The notes beneath the pieces are model-generated. The model did no database searches, was not told the DNA's origin, and saw nothing but the letters and a program-made list of their open reading frames with translations. Below, piece by piece: positions 19,364 through 29,594 of a DNA stretch of 64,000 nucleotides. Made by a program: the position numbers and the translations under genes. The stretch's first letter is position 1. Every line of letters begins with the position of its first letter. Source of the stretch: an uncultured delta proteobacterium (GTDB taxonomy: Bacteria; Desulfobacterota; Desulfobacteria; Desulfobacterales; Desulfatirhabdiaceae); NCBI GenBank assembly GCA_963789395.1, contig CAWBKP010000022.1, forward strand, positions 32,001-96,000. Reading direction: 5' to 3'.

Positions 19364-20859
19364 TGGCAACCGAAACTTCTGAAAAACACATAAAATCCGC
19401 AAAAGAGCATGCAATTGCTCCTTCAGTCCCACCGCCTTTTAGCCCCGGGATTATTTCAATCCTCAGGAACTTTTTTTATCTGTTCAGCGGGCAGGGAATT
19501 CAGTTTGGCGTGCGTTTTTTCTATGCCATAATTCTGGCCCGGGCATTGGGTCCGCAGGATTATGGTCTGTTCACGTACGGCATGTCTCTCTACCTGGCAG
19601 TTTTACCCTTGACAAGATTGGGTATTGAGCAGGTCATGATGCGGGAAATCGGCAGGGACAAGATTCGCGGCAGACAGATGCTTGGATTTGCTCTGCCCAT
19701 CCGAAGGCTTAGTGCCTGTCTGGTTACAGGCTTCTTTGCCGTCGCGGTAATTCTTTTGGAACCAAATGCCGAAATGCGGGCGCTTTTGTTGTGGTTTGCT
19801 TTTGCCATGCTGGGGCGGTCATTTGCATACTGGAATATGGCCCTATTCACAGCCTATGAAGTCAACGAGTATTCCTTTCGCCTGCAGTCGATTTTTCGCC
19901 CTCTTGAGGTTGCCATCGGGCTTTGCGCCTTTGCGATGTGGAAAACCCCCCTTTCCGTTGTAATGGCCCATGCCTTGACCTGGTGGCTGGAAGTTCTGTT
20001 CGGCACAAGGTTGGCCCGAAAAAAATTATCTCTCCCGGTCGCGCAGTGGAATCTATCTGCCAGCAAGCAAATGCTGCCCCAGGCAATTCTTCTGGGGGCC
20101 ATTTTTGCATTGTCCTCATGGATGACTCAAGGTCCTCTGGTTGTTTTCAAGCATATCGATGATTCCGGGGTACCCATGGGCGATTTGGCTCTGGCAATGC
20201 AGATATTCTCAATTCTCTCTCAATTGCCGATAATAGCCACCAATGCCGCGTTTCCGGTGTTGAGCAGGACTGTTGCACGTGGTGACGGCAAAGAACTCTT
20301 TTTTGCGTCAACAGTCATGCGGTACACATTCCTGATAGGAGGGATAACAGCTTTTGTAGGAATGACACTGGGTGCCTCACTTGTCGTCAAGGTGTTCGGT
20401 GCGCAGTATGCGGGAGCTGGATCATTGATTGGCTCCGTCCTCTGGATGTTGATCCCCTGGACTGTATTGATTGTGCTGCTGAAAGTTCAGTTGGCCAAAG
20501 GGTGCAACTTTTCGAGCATGGTGTTCATGTTGCTGGGAGCAGGTATTTTTGTACTTACTGCACAGCCGGCTGTTTTGATCTGGGGAATGCACGGACCCAT
20601 CGCAGCCTCTGCCCTCGGAATGCTCATTACGTCACTGTGCCTCCTCAAAGCGGTATCTGAACATGGAAATCTGAATCTTGGTTTTTCAGTAATCCGACCA
20701 TTAGGAGCACTGGGTGTGGCGTTTGGAATATTCTCTCTATTGCAGCAAATCGGGCCGGTGCTTGCATTACTCGGAGCAATAGCTGCCATTGCTGCCGGAT
20801 GGTTTTTTTGGGGCTGTATATCCGATCATGAAAGAAAAATATTGTTTTCAAGGAGTTGA
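19363..20859 (+). CDS. wzx: Wzx-type polysaccharide flippase (MOP/PST family)
   Basis: About 500 aa polytopic protein with ILRN..YL, LARALGPQDYG and AFPVLSR. Confidence 0.85.
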   Translation: MATETSEKHIKSAKEHAIAPSVPPPFSPGIISILRNFFYLFSGQGIQFGVRFFYAIILARALGPQDYGLFTYGMSLYLAVLPLTRLGIEQVMMREIGRDKIRGRQMLGFALPIRRLSACLVTGFFAVAVILLEPNAEMRALLLWFAFAMLGRSFAYWNMALFTAYEVNEYSFRLQSIFRPLEVAIGLCAFAMWKTPLSVVMAHALTWWLEVLFGTRLARKKLSLPVAQWNLSASKQMLPQAILLGAIFALSSWMTQGPLVVFKHIDDSGVPMGDLALAMQIFSILSQLPIIATNAAFPVLSRTVARGDGKELFFASTVMRYTFLIGGITAFVGMTLGASLVVKVFGAQYAGAGSLIGSVLWMLIPWTVLIVLLKVQLAKGCNFSSMVFMLLGAGIFVLTAQPAVLIWGMHGPIAASALGMLITSLCLLKAVSEHGNLNLGFSVIRPLGALGVAFGIFSLLQQIGPVLALLGAIAAIAAGWFFWGCISDHERKILFSRS

Positions 20860-20887
20860 ACACATAGAAAACGAATTGGAGAGGTAC

Positions 20888-21985
20888 GTGCGAAAAGGCA
20901 TCATGCTGTATGATTTTCTGGCTGTTCCGGGTGGTGCGGAAAAACTGACGTTCACCTTGCTGGATTCGCTGCCCGATGTGCCCTTGTGCTGTGCATTTCG
21001 GAATACAGCCGCTTTTCCGGACAAAATGCTGCCAACGTCCGGATTTATCGATTTAAAGGCAGCTTCGAATATCCCTGTATGGCGGATTTTGAAGGTGATG
21101 GTTGCATTTGAAAGACAGACATTGTTTTTAAACGATTATGACTGGGTTCTGTTCAGCGGAATATTTGCGCCGCTTGCAGTAAGGAATCATATCCGCGGTA
21201 CCAATTTCCTATATTGCCATACTATTCCCCGGTTTGCCTATGATTTAAAAGACTTCTACATGTCACGGTTGCCGTTTTTCCTCAGACCGGCCTTTTTCGG
21301 ACTGGTTCTGCTCATGCGGTATCGCTATGAATGGGCATTGAGCCGCATGAATATCATTATTGCCAATTCCCATAACGTGAAAAGACGGTTGGAAACCTAT
21401 TTGGGTTTAACGGCAACCGTGATTCATCCGCCGGTGGATACAAAACAATTTCGCTGGAAGGGGCAGAAAGACTATTATGTGTCTCTGGCCAGGCTGGAAA
21501 ATTTCAAACGGGTGGATCTCATCGTCAAGGCCTTTAAACGAATGCCCGAGAAGAAATTGGTGGTGACATCCAGCGGATCGGAAATGGAGCGATTGAAAAG
21601 GCTTGCTTCGGATGCACCTAACATTCACTTTACCGGCTGGCAGACGGAAGAACAGTTGCGGAGGTGGATCGGAAATGCCATTGCTTCAATTTACATTCCG
21701 ATAGATGAAGATTTTGGTATGTCACCGGTGGAGTCAATGGCTGCTGGAAAGCCGGTAATCGGTGTTGCCGAGGGCGGATTGCTGGAAACGGTTGTGCCGA
21801 ACGAGACCGGGTTTCTGCTTCGGCCGCCGCCGACAGTTGAAGCAATAATAGCGGCCATTCACGAAATGACTCCGAATCGGGCACTGGAAATGCGATCGGC
21901 CTGTGAAAGGCGGGCCGAGCTGTTTACGCAAGAAATATTTCTGGAGAAATTATGTAGCTGTCTGGGCGTCAATTTCTCATCATGA
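20888..21985 (+). CDS. GT4 glycosyltransferase (WbaZ-like)
   Basis: GGAEK, YCHTIPRFAY, EDFGMSPVESMAAGKPV. Confidence 0.9.
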   Translation: MRKGIMLYDFLAVPGGAEKLTFTLLDSLPDVPLCCAFRNTAAFPDKMLPTSGFIDLKAASNIPVWRILKVMVAFERQTLFLNDYDWVLFSGIFAPLAVRNHIRGTNFLYCHTIPRFAYDLKDFYMSRLPFFLRPAFFGLVLLMRYRYEWALSRMNIIIANSHNVKRRLETYLGLTATVIHPPVDTKQFRWKGQKDYYVSLARLENFKRVDLIVKAFKRMPEKKLVVTSSGSEMERLKRLASDAPNIHFTGWQTEEQLRRWIGNAIASIYIPIDEDFGMSPVESMAAGKPVIGVAEGGLLETVVPNETGFLLRPPPTVEAIIAAIHEMTPNRALEMRSACERRAELFTQEIFLEKLCSCLGVNFSS

Positions 21986-22013
21986 CATTGGCAGTGTGCG
22001 GATGGAGAATGGT

Positions 22014-22724
22014 ATGATTATTCCAGCGGCCCCGAATCTTCTCAGCATCGTTGTGCCAACGTATAATGAAGGAGAAAATGTTGTCCGATTGGCCGGATGT
22101 TTGGGCGATGTAATGAAAGACAGATCGTATGAGTTGATTTATGTTGACGACAGTACGGATGATACGCCTTTCATATTGGATAAATTGGCATCGTCAAACC
22201 CAAGGGTGAGGTATGTGCGTCGAACGAATGAAAGGGGTCTGGGTACAGCAGTTGTAAAAGGCTTTGAGGTATGCCGGGGGCAAATCATTGCCGTGATGGA
22301 TGCAGATTTACAGCATCCACCGGAACTTTTGCCGATGATGCTGAAGACGATCGATTTGAATGCGGACATCGTAATTCCCAGCAGATTCGTTAAAGGGGGG
22401 GATGACGGAGGTCTGAACCTTTTCAGGAAAATGATTTCCGGAACTGCCCGGTATATGGGAAAGATCCTGTTGAAACCGCTGAGACGGATAGCCGATCCGA
22501 CGAGTGGGTTTTTTATTCTTAAAAAAGAAGTGATTGAAGGTGTCAAGCTTGAACCCGTCGGTTGGAAGATCCTGATAGAAGTGCTGGTAAAAGGGAATTA
22601 TTCCAACGTTACCGAACTCCCCTACCATTTTAAAGCAAGAAAGTCCGGTGAGTCAAAAATGTCTCTAAAGGAACAGATGAATTACGTAAGGCATATTATA
22701 AAGCTTTTTTTTTATGAATTATAA
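22014..22724 (+). CDS. Polyprenol-monophosphomannose synthase-like GT2 (DPM1/Ppm1)
   Basis: SIVVPTYNE, VDDSTD, RGLGTAV, MDADLQHPP, DPTSGFF, GWKILIE, R..GESKM. Confidence 0.88.
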   Translation: MIIPAAPNLLSIVVPTYNEGENVVRLAGCLGDVMKDRSYELIYVDDSTDDTPFILDKLASSNPRVRYVRRTNERGLGTAVVKGFEVCRGQIIAVMDADLQHPPELLPMMLKTIDLNADIVIPSRFVKGGDDGGLNLFRKMISGTARYMGKILLKPLRRIADPTSGFFILKKEVIEGVKLEPVGWKILIEVLVKGNYSNVTELPYHFKARKSGESKMSLKEQMNYVRHIIKLFFYEL

Positions 22725-23985
22725 AGAATTATCTGGCAATTCATACCGGTCGAAGCCTTTGTTGCGGATGTCACGGTTGACGATATATTGTTTTTTTGCA
22801 GCGATACCTTCGCTTGCAATGATGGAACGGTTGCTGGAAGTCGTGTTGCAGCGTTTTCCGATTACATCAATGAAAACAGTCATGATCCTTGTCCAGGGAA
22901 GTTATATGTTTGCGCTTTTTTTCGGAGCCAAACAGTGCTTTCGTCCTTTTTTCGCGTTACGTTCTGGGAAAGCAACGTCACTGTTCTTCCTGCTGCTGGT
23001 CCTGCTTTTCACTGCGTTCATGGTTGTATACCCCCTTGCGGATTCCGGACAACTCGGTTTTTCAAGCGACCGGGACGAGGCAATTGATGTTGCCGTCAAA
23101 CAAATTCTATCGGGGAACTATCCCTATGTCTGCAAGGTAATTTCCGGGATTCATGACGGCTGCTCAACAATTGGCAACCCCATTGCGCCACTTCCAGGCG
23201 CCCTTCTGTTCGCCACCCCCTTTGTCATGTTGGGTGGGAGTGCGTTGCAAAATTTCGGCTGGTTAATTGCCTTTTATTTTTTGCTGAGATGGTTTTTTGA
23301 CGACAACCAATTTCCGGCACTCTACCTGACGACGCTGCTGTTTTTTTCTCCTGTTATAATTGCTGAAATCTTAACTGGCGGAGATCTTCTTTCCAATTCC
23401 CTTGCGGTAACCTCCGCCATAGTGATGGCTTTACGCGCAGCTTCAATCAAGAAATGGATTATCTCCGGTGCCATGCTGGGGATTGCGCTTTCGTGGCGCG
23501 CTCACTTTCTGTTGGTCGTTGTGCCAATTGTGGTATATCATTTAAAAAACAAAGAGGTGAATAAACTTCTTGTCACCGGACTTGCCGCTTGTGTGAGTTT
23601 TGCAGCCGTCACCCTGCCATTCTGGCTTGCAAATCCCGATGGGTTTTCTCCCATCCATATCCAGCAGCGGTTTAACGATTTTCTTCCCTTGCTGCCGCAT
23701 GCGGATACTGTCATGATAGCGATTCCTGTAATAATCGGTATCTTTTTCGGTCTGTGGTCCAAAAGCCACAGTGACCTTTTTATTTCCTGCGGGGCTGCGG
23801 TGATTGCTCCGATTCTGATAGCCGTTGCGCTGAACTCGGTAAATAAGGGCATGCTGACTTTTTATTTTTATGGATGGTATGCCTTTAGCGGGACGCTGCT
23901 GGGGACCCTCGGCTGTTTTCAGCTGCTGCCAGTGGAAATGTCTGATGGGCGACTACATGCTTCTATTTTTGAATCAAGGTCTTGA
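22714..23985 (+). CDS. GT-C-like (GT87-type) membrane glycosyltransferase
   Basis: SDRDEA acidic loop, GNYPY and PLPGALL motifs in a polytopic protein. Overlaps the DPM1-like gene. Confidence 0.6.
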   Translation: MNYKELSGNSYRSKPLLRMSRLTIYCFFAAIPSLAMMERLLEVVLQRFPITSMKTVMILVQGSYMFALFFGAKQCFRPFFALRSGKATSLFFLLLVLLFTAFMVVYPLADSGQLGFSSDRDEAIDVAVKQILSGNYPYVCKVISGIHDGCSTIGNPIAPLPGALLFATPFVMLGGSALQNFGWLIAFYFLLRWFFDDNQFPALYLTTLLFFSPVIIAEILTGGDLLSNSLAVTSAIVMALRAASIKKWIISGAMLGIALSWRAHFLLVVVPIVVYHLKNKEVNKLLVTGLAACVSFAAVTLPFWLANPDGFSPIHIQQRFNDFLPLLPHADTVMIAIPVIIGIFFGLWSKSHSDLFISCGAAVIAPILIAVALNSVNKGMLTFYFYGWYAFSGTLLGTLGCFQLLPVEMSDGRLHASIFESRS

Positions 23986-24074
23986 AATGAGAGAGATCCT
24001 GGCGGCCATAAGAAGTTTGTGGAGCATCCCCGTTCGGCAATTGTTGATATTTCAAGGAAAATAGTTTGACCAGA

Positions 24075-25224
24075 ATGCGCATCCTGCATATCGGGAAATT
24101 TTTCCCTCCGGTAACCGGTGGAATCGAGAGTTTTCTTGGCGACTTGCTTCCAGCCCTTGAAAGAGGCGGGGTAACGACGGCCGCGCTGGTTCATGACGAT
24201 ATTCATCAAAAACAAGGGCCGGCGTGTCATGGAAAAACAAAAATTTATCGGGTACCCTGTTATGGAACGCTGTTGTATGCTCCCATCAGCCCGGCGTTTC
24301 CTTTTACCATGAGAAAGGCCATTCAGGATTTCCGGCCGGACATCCTGCATTTTCATGTCCCGAACACCTCCGCATTCTGGGCACTGCTCCTGTCCATTGC
24401 CGGAGAATTGCCCTGGGTGGTTCACTGGCATGCGGATGTCGTTCCTTCCGCGATTGATCGAAGAATGGCATTGGCCTATCAGTTCTACCGTCCCATCGAA
24501 AAACTGTTTCTGCGGCGTGCGCAGTCCATTATCGCCACGTCCAATGCCTATCTGAATACCAGCAATGCGCTGGCCGGCTTTAAGGACAAATGTCATATTA
24601 TTCCGCTGGGGCTGGATCCGGATCGCCTGAAAAAGCCGGATGACGCCGGGCTGCGCTGGGCTGAAACCGTGTGGGGGCAGCCTGAGGGAAGAATCCTGGT
24701 CATCGGCCGGCTGACTTATTATAAAGGACACGAAGTCATGCTGGATGCTGCAACAGCCTTGCCGGATGCGCGGATTCTGATTGTCGGCAATGGCGAGCGC
24801 GAATCCAGTCTTAAAAGGCGAATTCACACCCTCGGCCTATCAAATAATGTTTCGCTGCTGGGGTCTTTGCCGGAATCGGAACTTCACACCCTCATTTCTT
24901 CCTGTGACTGCCTGTGTTTGCCGTCAGTTGAACGGACCGAGGCTTTCGGGACTGGTGCTTCTGGAAGCGATGCGGTACGGAAAACCGGTTGTTGCCAGCA
25001 ACATCCCCGGTTCCGGTATCGGATGGGTGGTCGAAGACGGCGTCACGGGGTTTCTGGTTCCGCCGGGTGATCCGGTTCTGCTTGCAGAGTCATTAAGAAA
25101 GCTTTTTGATCGGCCGGAGTTGAAATCGCAAATGGGGCGATCCGCGATCGGAACGGTTTCGCGAAGGTTTTTCAAATCGATCATATTGCGCAGGAGATTA
25201 TTTTGTTATATCATCAAATGCTGA
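24075..25224 (+). CDS. GT4 glycosyltransferase (frameshifted)
   Basis: GKFFPPVTGGIE, HVPN, GRLTYYKG, PSVERTEAFG/LVLLEAM. Confidence 0.88.
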
Positions 25225-25279
25225 AGTTCATTGAAGTAAACAGCCAAAGGATATGCGATTGCATCCAGGTGGCAAATGA

Positions 25280-25987
25280 ATGAAAAATAAACTGGCGGTT
25301 CTGATCCCCGCATTAAATGAAGAAAAAAATATTCGGGAAGTGATTCAGGGCGTCAGGAAAGCCATAACCGGTGAAATCGTGGTGATTGATGACGCCAGTT
25401 CGGATTCAACGGCAATGGTTGCGCGCAAAGAAGGCGCAAAAGTGCTGCCGCTTTTGCTGCGTCTGGGGGCATGGGGGGCGACGCGCACCGGAATCCGTTA
25501 TGCCGATCAGCATCGATTTGAAATTGCCGTTACCATGGATGCGGACGGGCAGCATCTGCCCGATTCCATCGCTGCACTCATAGACCCCATCCTGTTGAAT
25601 CAGGCCGATGTCGTTATCGGCTCCTGTACGGAACGCGGCAGTGTTCCCAGGAAATTGTCATGGTTTTTTTTTCGCAAGATTACGGGACTGGATGTTCAGG
25701 ACCTGACATCCGGGTTTCGCGCTTATAACGCCGCTGCCATGGCAGCGGTGATGACAGCCGATACGGCGCTTCTGGATTATCAGGATATCGGGGTGTTGCT
25801 GGCGCTCAATAAAGCCGGATTTCGCATTCTTGAAGTTCCGGTCAGGATGTGTCCCCGATCATCCGGACATTCACGGGTATTTTCTTCCTGGTGGGATGTG
25901 TTCCGGTATCTGGTGATCACCCTTATTTTATGCCTGTCGAAAGTGGATATGCCGGCTGTGTCCGGATATCGATCCGTGATTGGATAA
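25280..25987 (+). CDS. GT2 DPM1-like glycosyltransferase
   Basis: VLIPALNE, IDDASSD, MDADGQH, DLTSGFRA. Confidence 0.88.
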   Translation: MKNKLAVLIPALNEEKNIREVIQGVRKAITGEIVVIDDASSDSTAMVARKEGAKVLPLLLRLGAWGATRTGIRYADQHRFEIAVTMDADGQHLPDSIAALIDPILLNQADVVIGSCTERGSVPRKLSWFFFRKITGLDVQDLTSGFRAYNAAAMAAVMTADTALLDYQDIGVLLALNKAGFRILEVPVRMCPRSSGHSRVFSSWWDVFRYLVITLILCLSKVDMPAVSGYRSVIG

Positions 25988-25988
25988 T

Positions 25989-26438
25989 ATGGTATTTCTA
26001 TCTGCTCACTTGACTTCACTTGGAATAGGGATTGCGATTGCGCTTGCCATCCTCGTTCTGGTTCGAAAAAACCATTTGATGGTCAGCCATGCCGTCTGGT
26101 GGTTGATGGTTGCGGTTGCAAGCATCACGTTCGGCGCCTATCCGTGGTTGATCGACCGGATCGGGGCGGTGTTGGGGATTCATTATCCGCCGATCTTGCT
26201 GATTGTTATCGGGCTGGGTCTCATCCTGATTAAAATGTTAACCATGGATTTGAAACGCTCCGAGCAGGAACGAAATATTCGCGCACTGACCCAGCGGCTG
26301 GCCATTCTGGAAAGTGAAATGTATCCGCATGTCGAGTCCCATCAAAATTCTGTTGTGAATTCAGGCTCTCCGGTAAACCCTTTGGAATCTTCGATCAAAG
26401 AGCGGATAGAATCGACAAATGCCGACCGGAATGAATGA
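25989..26438 (+). CDS. DUF2304-like small membrane protein (usual partner of GT2)
   Basis: Three TM segments, GIHYPP, and C-terminal IRALTQRLAILE. Confidence 0.8.
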   Translation: MVFLSAHLTSLGIGIAIALAILVLVRKNHLMVSHAVWWLMVAVASITFGAYPWLIDRIGAVLGIHYPPILLIVIGLGLILIKMLTMDLKRSEQERNIRALTQRLAILESEMYPHVESHQNSVVNSGSPVNPLESSIKERIESTNADRNE

Positions 26439-26642
26439 AAATTTTGCTTCCAGGCCGATTGTTGTCAGACACAATGATTTTTGAGAATACGTCACAAGAT
26501 GGTCATTTTATAATTTCCAGGATTTTATAAGATGGTTTACGGCAATCTTGAATTGGACTATTTATAGAAAACCAGTTCATTTTCGAATGATCCATATCTG
26601 ATCAGGGGCCATTGATTTATGTAACCGACCAAGCGGAGCTAT

Positions 26643-28034
26643 ATGCATATGAAAACGCAATTCACTAAAAACATCCTGTGCATCGGCGCCGGCTATGTGG
26701 GCGGACCGACCATGGCGATGATTGCCCATAAATGTCCCCAGTATCGGGTGACCATTGTGGATATCAATCCCGATCGGATTGCCCAGTGGAATTCGGATCA
26801 TTTGCCGATTTACGAGCCGGGCCTGGATGAAATTGTCCAAGCTGCCCGCGGCCGGAATCTGTTCTTCAGTACGGATATTGAAAAGGGAATCCGGGAATCG
26901 GACATTATTTTTGTCAGCGTCAACACGCCGACCAAAACTTTCGGGGTCGGGGCCGGCATGGCAGCCGATCTTCAGTACTGGGAAAAAACCGCCCGGCAGA
27001 TTCTGGAATCCGCCACTTCCGACAAGATCGTTGTGGAAAAGAGCACCCTTCCGGTCCGAACCGCCCAGGCCATGGAGCGGATTCTGTTATCAACTCACAA
27101 CGGCGTTCGCTTTGAAGTCCTTATCAAATCCGGAGTTTCTGGCGGAAGGAACGGCCATCCAGGATCTGGAGCAACCGGACCGGGTGCTGATCGGCTCCAG
27201 GCAAACCGAAAGCGGTCTAAAGGCCAGAAACACGCTGGCGGAAATCTACGCCAATTGGGTTCCCCGGGAGCGGATTCTGACCACGGATATCTGGAGCAGC
27301 GAGCTGTCCAAGCTGGTTGCCAATGCATTTCTGGCCCAGCGGATATCCTCTATCAACGCCATTGCCGCGCTTTGTGAGAAAACCGAGGCCGATGTGTCCC
27401 AGGTGGCCAGAGCCGTTGGCATGGACTCCAGGATCGGTCCGAAATTTCTGAATGCCAGCGTGGGATTCGGCGGGTCCTGTTTTAAAAAAGACATTTTGAA
27501 TCTGGTTTACATCTGCCAGTATTATGGATTGAATGAAGTGGCCAGATACTGGCAGAGCGTCATTGAAATCAATGAATACCAGAAAACGCATTTTGTCATG
27601 ACCATGCTGAACGCCATGTTCAACACGCTTTCGGGCAAACGCATCTGCATCTGTTCGGTTTTGCATTCAAGGCCGATACCGGCGATACGCGGGAGAGCCC
27701 GGCGATTCATATCGCCAAGCGCCTGATCGAGGAGCAGGCCGAACTGGTGATCACCGATCCCAAAGCCCTGGTCAATGCCAAAGCCGATCTTAAAGGGGTT
27801 GAAGGAAAGGTTCAGTTCGTCGAAGATCCCTATGAAGCAGCAGCCGGAAGCCATGCCATTGCCATCCTGACGGAATGGCGCCAGTTCCGGGAACTGGATT
27901 ATGAAAGAATCTATCGATCCATGGCAAAACCGGCCTTTATTTTTGACGGCAGAAATATCGTGGATCACCAGAAACTTATCAAGTTGGGATTTAACGTGTA
28001 TCCCATTGGAAAGCCGGCGCTGACGCACCTGTAA
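26643..28034 (+). CDS. ugd: UDP-glucose 6-dehydrogenase (two frameshifts)
   Basis: CIGAGYVGGPT, SVNTPTK, EKSTLP, NPEFLAEG, SELSKL, GFGGSCFKKD, FDGRN. Confidence 0.93.
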
Positions 28035-28190
28035 TAAACAGACCATGGACAATGGGCAATAGGCGATAGATATAGAAACATGCCCCCCATAGCCTTACGC
28101 AACAAATTATTTTATCCAATAATTTGTTGCTGTAATTGGGACAGCTGCGGCTGAGTGACCGATAGTATCTACCGCTCAGGAGAATGACAC

Positions 28191-29143
28191 TTGAACCTGC
28201 ATCAAGCCAAACGTATTCTGGTTACCGGCGGGGCCGGTTTTTTAGGCTCTCACCTTTGTGATCGTCTGGTTGAGGACGGCCACGATGTCCTGTGCCTGGA
28301 TAATTTTTATACAGGCACCCGGATCAATATTGCCCACCTTTTGGGAAAATCCAATTTTGAGCTGATTCGCCATGATTTGACCCAGCCTATTTTTCTTGAA
28401 GTGGATGAAATTTACAATCTGGCCTGTCCGGCATCTCCGGTTCATTACCAGTACAATCCGGTGAAAACCGTCAAAACCTGCATCATGGGCGCCATTCACA
28501 TGCTGGGTCTGGCCAAGCGGGTAAAAGCCAAAATCCTTCAGGCCTCAACCAGCGAGGTGTACGGCGATCCTGCCGTGCATCCGCAGTCCGAGGCCTACTG
28601 GGGAAATGTCAACCCCATCGGCCTGCGTTCCTGTTATGATGAAGGAAAACGCTGCGCCGAAACCCTGTTTTTTGATTATTACCGGCAGAACGGGTCAATA
28701 TCCGGGTGGTCCGAATTTTTAACACCTATGGTCCGCGAATGCACCCCAATGACGGCAGGGTTGTGAGCAATTTTATTGTTCAGGCGCTTCTGCAGCAGGA
28801 CATCACGGTGTTCGGAGATGGGTCCCAAACCCGAAGTTTTTGTTACGTGGATGATCTGATTTCAGGGATGGTACGAATGATGCATGCACCGAATGATTTT
28901 ATCGGACCGGTAAATTTGGGCAATCCCGGTGAATTCACCATTCTGGAGCTGGCTGAAAAAATCATTCATTTGACAGGGTCGCGCTCCAGAATCATATTTC
29001 AGCCCCTTCCTCAGGATGACCCGCTTCAGCGCAAACCCGATATTTCGCTGGCTGCGGAAAAACTGGAGTGGGTTCCGGCGGTGAATCTGGAAGAAGGTCT
29101 GAAGCGGACCATCGCCTATTTCAAAACAATGCTTCAATCCTGA
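28191..29143 (+). CDS. uxs: UDP-glucuronate decarboxylase (UDP-xylose synthase), one frameshift
   Basis: [53 protein letters not shown]. Confidence 0.92.
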
Positions 29144-29168
29144 AGCAATAAATGATTCGGAGGGAATA

Positions 29169-29594
29169 ATGAACAACAATCGACGCCGGAAACAGGACGG
29201 CTTTACCTTGATCGAACTTCTGGTGGTGATTATTATTCTGGGGCTTTTTTCCGCCCTGGTGGCGCCGAAATTTTTCGGAAAAGTGGACAAGGCCAAGCTG
29301 AAAACCGCCAAAACCCAGATTGAACTCTTTGGATCGGCTCTGGATGAGTTTCGCCTGGACAATGGCCGTTATCCCACAACCGCGGAAGGCCTTGAAGCAT
29401 TAAGAACCAAACCCGGCGCACTGGCCAACTGGGATGGTCCCTATCTGCCCAAACAGATTCCCATGGATCCCTGGGGGCGGCCTTATGTGTACACGAGTCC
29501 CGGGGAACACGGTCCTTATGATCTGATCAGCTATGGCGCGGACGGCGCAGCGGGCGGTGACAATAACGATAAAGACATCGTAAGCTGGGAATAG
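29169..29594 (+). CDS. gspG: T2SS major pseudopilin GspG
   Basis: Prepilin site G/FTLIEL, YPTTAEGLEAL, WDGPYL, DPWG, SYGADG. Confidence 0.95.
   Translation: MNNNRRRKQDGFTLIELLVVIIILGLFSALVAPKFFGKVDKAKLKTAKTQIELFGSALDEFRLDNGRYPTTAEGLEALRTKPGALANWDGPYLPKQIPMDPWGRPYVYTSPGEHGPYDLISYGADGAAGGDNNDKDIVSWE

Noticed and set aside
23919..24827. Long minus-strand ORFs (this one, also 6010-6807, 29527-30513, 54914-55630)
   Set aside because: They are antisense shadows of well-supported + strand genes and have no recognisable motifs.
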